Origin: Candidatus Bathyarchaeia archaeon
GTDB lineage: Archaea > Thermoproteota > Bathyarchaeia > 40CM-2-53-6
DNA: 64,000 bases
Direction of reading: 5' to 3'
Assembly (NCBI GenBank): GCA_049517415.1
Contig: JBEKSC010000003.1
Location: 32,001-96,000 of the forward strand
Position numbers and translations under genes: made by a program. Under the pieces are notes generated by a model. That model had not been told where the DNA came from and did no database searches. It saw only the letters and a program-made list of their open reading frames with translations. Within the stretch, counting starts at the first letter, position 1, and each line of letters opens with the position of its first letter. Shown here in pieces: positions 9,236-19,135 of the stretch.

Positions 9236-10906
9236 CTAACTGACTCCGTAGACCTTCTGAGCTTGCTCGGCGGTAATATACCCATTCAGTATGTCACGTT
9301 TCACCAGGGCATGGTCTCTGTCCCGGGGGTTACCCCAACCTCCCCCACCGCCGCTCCGAATACTTACTATGTCATTCTCCTTGAGCAGGAAGTTGGTGAT
9401 CCGGTTAACTCTCATCAACTCCTTCCCGTCCCGCAGTATCACTACGTAGTTTACTGTACCATCTCCTCCACCCATGGCTCCCCAAGGAGGAATTTTTCCC
9501 CTGTTGATCGAAGTCGTGAAGCTTGCATTATCGCATTGCATTCGGTAGTCCTTGATCATGCCGAACCCTCCTCGAAACTTTCCGTGTCCGCTACCATCTT
9601 CCACATTCAGCTTGAACCTGTCGACTACGAGCGGGTATCGTTTTTCTAGTACCTCGACTGGATTCGCAAACGTCTCGCCGTCCGCAAAAGAGACTAAGCA
9701 GCTTTCGCCGTCCTTGTCAGGGGCTGCACCCCATCCGCCAGGATTGGGTTCGACTAGTACGAAGTATTCTTTCGTTCTGGGGTCGATTCCAGCAATGATT
9801 TCTGCGCAGACTGAGAGAAAATGTCCGGCGGACAACTTATCCCCGATATGAGGCGCGAGAGCCTTCCAGACGAGATCAGCAGCCTGAGTCATCGTTTCCC
9901 AGTAGACTGATACGGGGGCTGGTCGCTTGGCGTTGAAGATCGTGTTCTCTGGAACAATTACCCTTAGTGGTTTCAGCAGCCCTTGATTGAAAGGCATGTG
10001 AGGATCGGTTATGGCCATATAGACGACCGCCACGGCTGCTAGGGTTGATGGATAGGTCGTGTTCAATGAAACCGGGAAGGCCTTGGGTGCGCCTGTAAAA
10101 TCTACTATGAATTCATTGTCCGTGATCGTGGTTGTCGCAAAGATTTTTAGTGGTTCCTTGCTCTCATAGCCTTCGTCCAAGTAGTCCTCGGCATAGAATT
10201 TGCCTTTCGGAAGCTCGGCTAGTCGGGCCATCGCCCTCTTTTCACCTTCAGCGAGAATGTTGCTCATCGCATCTCTGACTGATTCAACACCGTATTTGTG
10301 AATTAGTTCAGTTATCCTTCTCGTCCCAAGCCTAAGCGCTCCGGCAAGCGCTTCCAAATCTCCGTGAACAAAATCAGGGATTCTTGTATTCCCCAGAATC
10401 ATTCGGATTACGTCTCGGTTTGGTTTCCCCTTCTCGTAGTATTTCACAGGCGGTATGAAGAGGCCTTCTTGTAGGATTTCCTTATTGTCCGGGCCCCAGC
10501 TGCCCGGGTTCATCCCCCCTACATCATTCACGTGCCCCTTTGCGGTAGTGATCGCAATTATTTCTCCACGGTGGAAAATCGGTGAAGCCATTCCGATATC
10601 ATTCAGGTGCGTGCCTGTTATGTAGGGGTCATTGCAGACAATTATGTCGTCTGCGTAGAGTTTGTCATGTTTCTTGATTTCATCAACTGAATTCCTAGCG
10701 ATGGATTTCATGACACCTATCCAAAGAGGAAGGCCGATTGAAATTGCTAGAATGTCCCCCTCCTGATTCGTAATGGCAGTGGAGAAATCGAATGTTTCAT
10801 AGAAAATGGGGCTCTTTGACGTTCTAATCGCGAGCCAGAACATTTCATTTGCGATGCTATCGAAACCACTTTTTATGATCTCGATTGAGAAGGGATCCTT
10901 TCTCAC
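9236..10906 (-). CDS. Hydantoinase B/5-oxoprolinase subunit
   Basis: NDPYITGTHLND, HVNDVGG, QEGLFIPP, PVEVLE, GGGGGWG motifs. Confidence 0.92.
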   Translation of the reverse strand: MRKDPFSIEIIKSGFDSIANEMFWLAIRTSKSPIFYETFDFSTAITNQEGDILAISIGLPLWIGVMKSIARNSVDEIKKHDKLYADDIIVCNDPYITGTHLNDIGMASPIFHRGEIIAITTAKGHVNDVGGMNPGSWGPDNKEILQEGLFIPPVKYYEKGKPNRDVIRMILGNTRIPDFVHGDLEALAGALRLGTRRITELIHKYGVESVRDAMSNILAEGEKRAMARLAELPKGKFYAEDYLDEGYESKEPLKIFATTTITDNEFIVDFTGAPKAFPVSLNTTYPSTLAAVAVVYMAITDPHMPFNQGLLKPLRVIVPENTIFNAKRPAPVSVYWETMTQAADLVWKALAPHIGDKLSAGHFLSVCAEIIAGIDPRTKEYFVLVEPNPGGWGAAPDKDGESCLVSFADGETFANPVEVLEKRYPLVVDRFKLNVEDGSGHGKFRGGFGMIKDYRMQCDNASFTTSINRGKIPPWGAMGGGDGTVNYVVILRDGKELMRVNRITNFLLKENDIVSIRSGGGGGWGNPRDRDHALVKRDILNGYITAEQAQKVYGVS

Positions 10907-11121
10907 GGATCTGTTTCCCTCGTCTTTGTAAGAAGAGCGGTCGCCATTTATGCCTTTTCTAGATGTCGCGAATGTTTGCTCATTGAAAATCTCGCGGCGG
11001 ACGGGTCACACTTTACCTCCTCGTTCACAAGCGCCTAGACGGTTCGTCATGATTGCATGCAGCCAATGGCGCTCAGGAAGATTCGCTCAGCTCATTGCAG
11101 AGACAAGAGTGGAAAGCGGGA

Positions 11122-12162
11122 TTAGATCAGCAACCTGCCTCTTCTCATTATTGTCTTATCGTCTAGCGATAGCGTGGCAAGCGGCATTATGAAGTCTTGG
11201 TGCAGGTCTGTTTTGACGGATCCACCCATGTGAGAGTTGTCTCCTATCGCGACGTGAACTGTCCCTCGGATCTTTTCGGCTTCTAGAGTGTTGTCTGGCC
11301 GTTTCGCGTTCGGGTTAGTGCCGACCCCAAGCTCTGCATGATTTCTGCGTGAGAGATAGGGTTCCTCTTGCTTGCCGAATGACAATAGTTCTCTGTACCT
11401 GTCGCCCACTTGACCTCCACCGTCAACGCTGACGGCTTTCCCGTTCTTGAAGGTGAGTATCATGTTCTCCTTGAGATTAGGGAACCAATCCTTCTGAACG
11501 ACAACTCTACCGTTTGTTGTTCCTTCTACGGGAACACTGTATGCTTCGCCGGAGGGTAGGTTGCCCCATGCTCCCTTTTCGGTGAATATTCCCGTGTCTG
11601 ACATTCCCTTTCTATCCTTGAGACTGAAGGTAAGGTCTGTCCCCGCTTTGGTCTTGATTGTGGCCTCCTCAGCCTGTGTGATCAAGTCAGCTATCTTTTC
11701 CGTTTCTCGCGCGATCTTTCCATAATCTGCAGCCATCGGGCCTCCAGGGTAGAACATCTCAACCAGAAAATTCGGCATACTCGCTACCCGGGCTCCCGCA
11801 AGGTTTGCATGTTCCCGTGCGTCCGTGTGAGTAAGGGAGTAGGTAGTTATTGCTATCACCACATCAGCCGCTTTCATCTTCTCCTCGACCTCGGCCCCCG
11901 GGTAGGTGCCGGGTTTCCCAACTGATGGATACGCGAAAAATTCCACGCTTGATTTCGGGAAGGCCTGAGCACCTATCTCACTCACCATCTTAGCAAGGAT
12001 TGATCGGCGCACCGCTTCTGTAAGTTGCTCGCTGCCCTGGGTTCTCCATTCGTCTATGGTTCGAGCGTCCGTGACCACAAGAACTCGTTCTCCAGCTTTG
12101 AGTCCCATGTTCACTTTGAACATGTTCACAACGCCTTTCTCTATTTTCCTTCTCTCAATCAT
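11122..12162 (-). CDS. Aminopeptidase (M29/aminopeptidase T-like)
   Basis: GNLPSGEAY, AELGVGTNP, EAEKIRGTVHVAIGDN, HQD. Confidence 0.85.
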   Translation of the reverse strand: MIERRKIEKGVVNMFKVNMGLKAGERVLVVTDARTIDEWRTQGSEQLTEAVRRSILAKMVSEIGAQAFPKSSVEFFAYPSVGKPGTYPGAEVEEKMKAADVVIAITTYSLTHTDAREHANLAGARVASMPNFLVEMFYPGGPMAADYGKIARETEKIADLITQAEEATIKTKAGTDLTFSLKDRKGMSDTGIFTEKGAWGNLPSGEAYSVPVEGTTNGRVVVQKDWFPNLKENMILTFKNGKAVSVDGGGQVGDRYRELLSFGKQEEPYLSRRNHAELGVGTNPNAKRPDNTLEAEKIRGTVHVAIGDNSHMGGSVKTDLHQDFIMPLATLSLDDKTIMRRGRLLI

Positions 12163-12378
12163 ACCAGTCTTCCTCGGCACGGCGATACTACACCAGATAG
12201 GGAATAGGCTTTCTACATACACTGAATCTCAGACGCTTAAGTGCAAGCCTGCCCACTACGGCGACAAACCACGCTACCCACGAGCCCTTCGGCTATATAC
12301 TCGACAGTTCTAAATCGGGTTTCGTAAGTGTGCTAATTGTTAAATAGATAATTGAAGTCGCTATCACTGCGATAGATA

Positions 12379-13425
12379 ATGTCAGGATTCTATGAGTACG
12401 AGATCGGACGCTCAGCCGATATTTTATGTAGAGAGCTATTCAGGTTGAAACCAGGGGAAACACTTGCGATAACGGCAGACACCGAATCCGATATGCGGGT
12501 CGTCGAAGGAGTGGCCAGGGCGGCGTTTGCTGTTGGAGCCAAGCCTCTCGTGATGCGGGTCGCTTCTCCCTTGGGCGTGGGAAGAGCGGGTGATCCTATG
12601 CTACCTGTAAATGCTCTAGGAGCAGCCCTAAAGGAATCTGATGCATGGGTTGAATTCAACAACCAATGGCTTCTATACTCAACCCCCTACGAGATTGCAA
12701 TGAAGGGAAACAAGAATCTCAGACACCTTTGTCTTGTCGGCATGAGCCCCGACATGATGACTAGATGTCTCGGGAGAATTGACTACCCAACCCTGAAGGC
12801 GTACCAAGAGAAATTTGTAGACATGAACAAGAAGGGCAAGCACATCAAGCTCACAACGGAGGCCGGGACAAACGTTGAATTCGACATTGACCCCTCAAAG
12901 CCGTTCAGATGCCAGGTTGGCTACGCTGACACCCCGGGGTCCCATATGATGGCGGGTCAAATAGGATGGGCGCTAAGCTTTGAATCAATAAATGGAATCA
13001 TCGCATTCGATGGATCTATTGTCCCTCCGATTGGACTTGCAAGGGAACCCGTCAAACTACACGTGGAGAAAGGCAGGATCACGAGGATTGAAGGTGGCAA
13101 AGAAGCCCTTGAATATGAAAATTGGTTGAGAAGCTTCAATGACCCGAACATGTTCAGAATGGCCCACGTTTGTTACGGGTGCAATCCAGGTGCGAAGCTG
13201 ACAGGAAATATCCTCGAAGACGAACGAGTCTGGGGTTGCACTGAATGGGGAATCGGCTACGTAGGACCGCTGATAGCCCCTCCAGACGGTATTCCAGCCG
13301 CGTCTCACTCCGACGGCATCTGCCAAAACACTTCCATCTGGCTTGACGGCGTACAAGTCGCCGACAAAGGAAAGGTCGTGCACAAAGAGCTCATTGAACT
13401 AGCAAAGAAGCTCGGAAAGGCCTGA
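12379..13425 (+). CDS. M29/leucyl aminopeptidase-like metalloenzyme
   Basis: GTNVEF, INGIIAFDGS, GCNPGA, LEDERVWG, ASHSDG; distant paralogue of the divergent neighbour. Confidence 0.7.
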   Translation: MSGFYEYEIGRSADILCRELFRLKPGETLAITADTESDMRVVEGVARAAFAVGAKPLVMRVASPLGVGRAGDPMLPVNALGAALKESDAWVEFNNQWLLYSTPYEIAMKGNKNLRHLCLVGMSPDMMTRCLGRIDYPTLKAYQEKFVDMNKKGKHIKLTTEAGTNVEFDIDPSKPFRCQVGYADTPGSHMMAGQIGWALSFESINGIIAFDGSIVPPIGLAREPVKLHVEKGRITRIEGGKEALEYENWLRSFNDPNMFRMAHVCYGCNPGAKLTGNILEDERVWGCTEWGIGYVGPLIAPPDGIPAASHSDGICQNTSIWLDGVQVADKGKVVHKELIELAKKLGKA

Positions 13426-13712
13426 ATCTTCATCGGGCAATCCTAGCCCTTTTTTCTCCCACGTTTTTCCTGTGCCGAACTACGATCGGTTCTTGGCTCG
13501 TTCTCGGCCGCCATGAGCTCACAAGGAATAAGATACACCTTCGACTTTAGGAGGACCAAACCGAGCACTGATTAAGTGCCCTTCGCGCTAAGAAATCAGG
13601 TCAGCTGCCAAGAAGAAAACTAAGTCAATGACAGTGGGGAAGTTACCGACGCCCCGTGCGTAGGGCAGAAGAGTACATATTCTACTGAAGCTACAGGAAA
13701 CGATGATCAAGT

Positions 13713-14459
13713 ATGCTTGTTGATGTTCACGCGCACCTTCATGGTGTCGAAGACATGGAAAGGACCCTGAGCGAAGCGTATCAGACTGGAGTCCGGAAGA
13801 TCATGGCTGTAAGCATGGACATGGAGTCGTACGAGAAGACCTGTGCGATCCAATCGGACCGAGTTAAGATCTATCCCGCGCTAGGTATTCACCCGTGGAG
13901 TGCGCCTTCACATCTGAATGAGCTTGAACAAGCATTACGTGAACTGAAGAACGTGCGGTACGTGGGTGAAATCGGCCTCGACCACGCATACTACAAGGAT
14001 CCTAAGGACCATGATGCCCAACTCAAAGTTTTCACGGCCTTCCTTGAAGCATGCAAGGGCACAGACAAGGTAGTCAACATTCATTCCGCAAGCGCAGAGG
14101 AGCAGATTCTCGAATTGCTCCAGACGTATGATGCGAAACACGTGAACATACACTGGTATGATGCTGCCGAACAAGGAACACCGCTAAAGCTCATTCCCAA
14201 AATGATCGACCTCGGATATTATGTTTCCATTACGCCTCTAGTGGCGACTTCCAAGACGGTGCAAGAACTTGCAAAAATGGTTCCGCTGGAGAACATACTC
14301 ACCGAAACGGACACTCACCCACTCGTGAAATATGACGGAGTCCAGTCAGCACCGAAGATGGTAAAGACATCTCTGGAAGGAATAGCCCGCGTAAAGAATT
14401 GCCCCATAAATGAAGTGGAGAACGCGGTGGCCCAGAACTTTGCACGCTTAGTGGGCTGA
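13713..14459 (+). CDS. tatD: TatD family hydrolase
   Basis: DVHAH, GIHP, GEIGLD, IHS, HW, TETD. Confidence 0.9.
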   Translation: MLVDVHAHLHGVEDMERTLSEAYQTGVRKIMAVSMDMESYEKTCAIQSDRVKIYPALGIHPWSAPSHLNELEQALRELKNVRYVGEIGLDHAYYKDPKDHDAQLKVFTAFLEACKGTDKVVNIHSASAEEQILELLQTYDAKHVNIHWYDAAEQGTPLKLIPKMIDLGYYVSITPLVATSKTVQELAKMVPLENILTETDTHPLVKYDGVQSAPKMVKTSLEGIARVKNCPINEVENAVAQNFARLVG

Positions 14460-14579
14460 CTTGCAAATAACACCTCGTTTGACGAGCCCTCTCTTCCATT
14501 GAGCTTCGAACGCGTGTCATGTTCTTTCGGCGAAATTGGAAATTGGACTCTACGAACTTGCTGAGGGGATAGCTCACTG

Positions 14580-15365
14580 CTACTGAGCGGTGTACCCTCC
14601 GTCCACCATTAGCACTGCTCCAGTAGTGAATGAAGCGTCGTCGGAGGCTAGGAACAAGACTGCCTTGGCAACTTCGTCCGGCTTGCCCAAACGATTCATT
14701 GGGTGCTTCTCAAGAAGCTGTTTCTTCAGGATCTTCGGATCGCCATAAGGCGTCATTAGGTGGTCATACCTGTCTGATGACACCCAGCTCGGCGGCGTGT
14801 CTATGGCTCCTGGTGCCACACAGTTCACTCGAATCTTATCCTTCACGTGATCGATCGCCAAGCATCGTGTGAGTTGAAGTGTCCCACCTCGGGAAGTGGC
14901 GTACGCTATGCAGGGAGGAAAGCCCGCGGCGAAACTATCAATAGAGCCTATGTTTACGATGGCGCCGCCCCCTGCTTTTTTCATTTCGGGGATAGCGTAC
15001 TTGGAGCAGAGGAAGGGCCCCCTTAAGTTGACGGCCATATGTCGGTCCCAATCCTCCTCGGTAACTTTGAGGACATTGCCAACAGATCCGATACCTGCGT
15101 TATTGAATAGTATGTCCAGTCTCCCAAATTTCTTAATTGTTTCCTGAACCATCCTCTGAACGTCTGCAGCAATTGATACATCGCCATGAACGTTTAATGC
15201 TTCGCCCCCAGCTTGCTCGATCAATCGAACGGTTTCTTCTCCGCTCTCCTTAACCACATCAAATACGACGACCTTGGCGCCCTCCTTGGAAAATAGTAGG
15301 GCAGTAGCTCGACCAATCCCGGATCCCGCTCCGGTGACTATGGCCACTTTTCCTTCGAGTTTCAT
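14580..15365 (-). CDS. Short-chain dehydrogenase/reductase
   Basis: TGAGSGIG, NNAG, YxxxR variant of YxxxK, VNCVAPG, VDGGY. Confidence 0.9.
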   Translation of the reverse strand: MKLEGKVAIVTGAGSGIGRATALLFSKEGAKVVVFDVVKESGEETVRLIEQAGGEALNVHGDVSIAADVQRMVQETIKKFGRLDILFNNAGIGSVGNVLKVTEEDWDRHMAVNLRGPFLCSKYAIPEMKKAGGGAIVNIGSIDSFAAGFPPCIAYATSRGGTLQLTRCLAIDHVKDKIRVNCVAPGAIDTPPSWVSSDRYDHLMTPYGDPKILKKQLLEKHPMNRLGKPDEVAKAVLFLASDDASFTTGAVLMVDGGYTAQ

Positions 15366-15733
15366 AAGAATCAACGCCACCTAGTCGTCGTTGAAGACTA
15401 ATATAATTTGTCAGACTGGATTCAGCGTGAATTAGCTGTCCACATGTTTCAGTGATAAAGAAAGTCGGGCGACATGTTCAGGCCGAAGTCGCTATATTCA
15501 GTAATGTTTCGTAGGTAATCTATAAAACCACATGTTTTAGTTTCCAAAGCATGAACTCCCCGTGGTTTAGATGGACCTGCAAGAACGTGAATGTTCAGGA
15601 GAACGCTGCCCAAAGTGCGAAGTATGCGGAGCTTTGCCTTACCAGGCCTGTGCCCATTGCTCTCTCGAAATGATGAATACCTGTTTAAGCAATAGTTAGT
15701 TCATTAGCCTGTGCAATATTCTGAGGCTGTGTT

Positions 15734-17644
15734 TTGTCGAAGGCTGAGAGGTCTAGGCTTGTATACCCACCCGAATTGAAGCGGATGCTCACTCGAGCTC
15801 TAAACGACCCAGAAGGTTTCTGGGGGGAAGTTGCTTCCGAGCTTCACTGGTTCCAACGGTGGGACAAAGCCTTCAAGTGGGATTATCCGAATTTTTCATG
15901 GTTCAACGGCGGAGTCACAAACCTGGCCTACAACTGCCTAGAAAGAAACATTGAGCTGGGCAGAGGGAACAAACTTGCGATAATCTGGGAGAACGGGGAA
16001 GGCTTTCCAAGACGAACGTTCACGTACAGTGAACTTCTGACCGAAGTGAAGAAGTTTGCAGCAGCCCTGAAATCACTCGACGTCAAGCACGGCGACCGAG
16101 TCACAATCTACATGCCCATGGTCCCAGAGGCGGCAATAGCAATGCTTGCCTGCACCCGAATCGGGGCGATTCACTCCGTCGTTTTCGGGGGATTTGGATT
16201 TGGAGCGTTAGCGGACAGGATCGAGGACGCGGAATCAAGGCTCGTTGTTACTGCGGATGTGAGCTACAGGAGGGGGAGCGTTGTCAAACTCAAGGAAATT
16301 GTAGATGAAGCTCTCAAGTCACGCCAAAACAAAGTCGGAAAAATCGTCGTGTTGAAGCGTGGCGAAAAATCCCCACCGATGACGCCTGGAAGAGACCTGT
16401 TCTGGGACGAAGCGCTAGTGAAAGGCCGAGATGCTAGCGCTGAGGTTGAAAAGATGCGGACGGATGAACCCGCATTTATACTTCACACATCGGGAACCAT
16501 GGCCAAACCCAAGGGCACCGTTCAACCGCATGGTAGCTACCAAGTCTACGTTTACGCCATGGGCAAATGGGTCTATGATATGCGGGAGAACGATGTCTGG
16601 TGGTCGACGTCGGACATAGGTTGGATTGTGGGCCACAGCTACGTGGTCTACGGCCCTCTCCTCTTCGGCTGCACTACGATAATGTACGAAGGGCTTCCCG
16701 ACCATCCTACCCCTGACGTATGGTGGCAGCTCCTCGAGAGGAATAAAGTGAGTAAGCTTTGGATTTCCCCCACCGGGGTACGTGCCCTAATGAAATACGG
16801 CGACGAGTACCCCAAGAAGCACGACCTGAACTCGCTAAGGCTAGTGTTCTGTGCAGGTGAAGTTTTGAACCCACCCGCGTGGGAATGGCTCCAAAAGAAA
16901 GTTTTCCATGACAGGATTCCCGTCGTCGACCATATGTGGCAAACCGAAACAAGCGGCCCCATAGTCGGTAACCCGATCGGAATCTCACCTCTGCCAATAA
17001 AGCCAGGTTCAGCAACAATTCCTCTTCCTGGAATCGACGCGGACATCGTAGATGAAGAAGGAAAACCTGTGGCAGTGGGAGTTGAAGGAACCTTTGTCAT
17101 CAAGAGGCCATTTCCGGGTTTGACACCGACACTCTGGCGCGATCATGAGCGGTACGTTGAGAACTATTGGAACAGGTTCCCAGGCGTCTATACAAGCGGA
17201 GACGCAGCGTTGAAGGACGAGGACGGATACATCTGGTTCCTCGGTAGGGTAGACGAAGTAATCAAGATCTCAGCCCACAGAATTGGGACCATCGAGATTG
17301 AGAGCGCTTTACTACAACATCCAACCGTCGCGGAAGCAGCAGTTGTCGGCCGACCAGACGAACTGCGGGGAGAAACTGCTTGCGCATTTGTCGTTTTGAA
17401 AGGTGGAGTGGAACCGACCGACGACTTGAAGCAGGCGTTGAGAGAATCCGTGAGAAAGACAATGGGCCCAATCGTAATCATAAGCGACATACACTTTGTG
17501 AGCAAACTACCCAAAACGAGAAGTGGCAAAATAATGCGCAGGCTCATCAGGTCGATTCTAATGGACAAGCCACTCGGTGACTTTTCGACCATAGAGGATG
17601 ACAGTGCAATAGAAGAGCTAACTAGAACCGTACATAAACCGTGA
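15734..17644 (+). CDS. acs: Acetyl-CoA synthetase (AMP-forming), copy 1
   Basis: TSGTMAKPKG, DIGWIVGHSY, WQTET, GD..D.DGY, LPKTRSGKIMRR. Confidence 0.9.
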   Translation: MSKAERSRLVYPPELKRMLTRALNDPEGFWGEVASELHWFQRWDKAFKWDYPNFSWFNGGVTNLAYNCLERNIELGRGNKLAIIWENGEGFPRRTFTYSELLTEVKKFAAALKSLDVKHGDRVTIYMPMVPEAAIAMLACTRIGAIHSVVFGGFGFGALADRIEDAESRLVVTADVSYRRGSVVKLKEIVDEALKSRQNKVGKIVVLKRGEKSPPMTPGRDLFWDEALVKGRDASAEVEKMRTDEPAFILHTSGTMAKPKGTVQPHGSYQVYVYAMGKWVYDMRENDVWWSTSDIGWIVGHSYVVYGPLLFGCTTIMYEGLPDHPTPDVWWQLLERNKVSKLWISPTGVRALMKYGDEYPKKHDLNSLRLVFCAGEVLNPPAWEWLQKKVFHDRIPVVDHMWQTETSGPIVGNPIGISPLPIKPGSATIPLPGIDADIVDEEGKPVAVGVEGTFVIKRPFPGLTPTLWRDHERYVENYWNRFPGVYTSGDAALKDEDGYIWFLGRVDEVIKISAHRIGTIEIESALLQHPTVAEAAVVGRPDELRGETACAFVVLKGGVEPTDDLKQALRESVRKTMGPIVIISDIHFVSKLPKTRSGKIMRRLIRSILMDKPLGDFSTIEDDSAIEELTRTVHKP

Positions 17645-17672
17645 CGATTTCCTGACGATTAGTTCGAAGTAA

Positions 17673-18776
17673 TCAAGGGATTGTTGCTGTCGATACGGAG
17701 TAGATCGGCGGCAACCATTATGCCATCAACCGCCAAGCCTTGCCCTCATCGGTGCTGTGGAACAAGTGTCCCATGCGAGTGCCAACATACACACCTGCCG
17801 GGTCCAGCTGATCAGTGGCCATGCCCTCTCGATAGCAACCTACGTACGCGTTATGATTCGGCAGACCCTTAATCCGTTTCTTCCATGATCTTCCGGCGTT
17901 CCCAGTTTCGTATACTGCGAATTCCTTGTTAGCAACAACGCGGAAGAAATCTCCCTGTTCTGGGACAACATAGAACCTTTCTGAATCGTTCGGGTGAACA
18001 GCCATCGGGAAACCGAACCCGCTTGGTAACCCCTCTGAGATTTCAACCCAGTTTTCAGCAGCGTCCTCCGATTTGTAGACGCCGCAATGGTTCTGCTGGT
18101 AGAGATTGTTGTGCTTGTTTGGGTCCATGACGAGCTTATGCACGCACTGGCCGAACTCTGGGTACTTTTCGGGGTGAAAATCCGCTCGCACATTCCTATT
18201 CTTTACATCCCAAGTTTGGCCTGTGTCTTCTGATTTGAAGACGCCAACCGATGAAATACCAACGTACATTCGTTTCTTATGGAACGGGTCGGTGATGGAA
18301 AGACAATCTACGCCGCAGTCAACAGCGGCCACTTCGGCCCGACAGTACAGAGGAGCAGGAACATGGGGAAGACATGGGAGAATGCAACGACGCCCCCTAG
18401 GTTCGCTGAAGGCTCTGAGATGAAAGTTGAAAACGTTTGGCATGTAGAGCCTGGCCTAGCTGACGAACCTAACGTAGTATACGCGGGCACTGCACCCGCC
18501 GCTTTATTCCGGAGCGATGACGGAGGCAATAATTGGAAACTCAACGAGAACCTAAACAGCCATCCTACTCGCCCGAAATGGCAACCTGGAGCAGGTGGCC
18601 TTTGCCTGCACTCAATCATCACGTTTGTCGAAGGCCATGTGGAAGACTGGTGAATTCTCAAAGAACGGCCCCTTCATCTTCCATGCCCGTCTGCGTGAAT
18701 CAGACTGAAGAATGAACCCTCCTTTTCTAATTCCGAGTAGAACATGTACAGTTGCTCTACTCATCTTGTGTGCCAT
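17673..18776 (-). pseudogene. BNR/Asp-box beta-propeller (sialidase-like) gene interrupted by an internal inversion and a late nonsense codon
   Basis: N-term on minus (18776-18623), middle on plus (GKTIYAA...LCLHSIIT), C-term on minus (DPFHKKRMYVGISS...); repeated SxDxGxxW Asp boxes; TAA at 17718-17720 lies 14 codons before the TGA at 17673. Confidence 0.85.
18292..18622. repeat. Inverted segment bounded by 6-bp inverted repeats GTGATG (18292-18297) and CATCAC (18617-18622)
   Basis: Re-inverting at these repeats restores the reading frame at both junctions. Confidence 0.85.
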
Positions 18777-18785
18777 TGTAATCCA

Positions 18786-19061
18786 TCAACCCCCAGCTAC
18801 GGCTGGTATGATGCGGATTCGGTCTCCATCTTTGAGCTTTGTCGGCAAACCTTCGCCTGAGCGAATATCCTGCTCATTTACGAATATGTTCACGTACCTT
18901 CTCACATCCTTTCCCTCGTCGACAATGAAAGCCCTCAGGCCTGGAAAGAGGCTGTCGAGCTTCAGAAGTAGTTCATCAACGGCGGAAGCATCCAACCCCA
19001 CCTCTGACTTATCTTGGGTATACTGGCGCAGGGCGTATGGAATGCTTATTGTGACCTGCAA
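18786..19061 (-). CDS. MoaD/ThiS ubiquitin-like protein (SAMP-type)
   Basis: Beta-grasp size, VNIFVN motif, C-terminal PAVAGG. Confidence 0.9.
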   Translation of the reverse strand: MQVTISIPYALRQYTQDKSEVGLDASAVDELLLKLDSLFPGLRAFIVDEGKDVRRYVNIFVNEQDIRSGEGLPTKLKDGDRIRIIPAVAGG

Positions 19062-19135
19062 CTGGGTCCACTACAACCTCAGGTAGTTCATAGTACTTAA
19101 ATTTCAACTGCGTTCGAAATAGTAACTGAAACATA

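Noticed and set aside
18279..18653. 124-aa plus ORF as an independent gene
   Set aside because: It is the inverted middle of the minus-strand BNR gene; its start and stop come from antisense flanks
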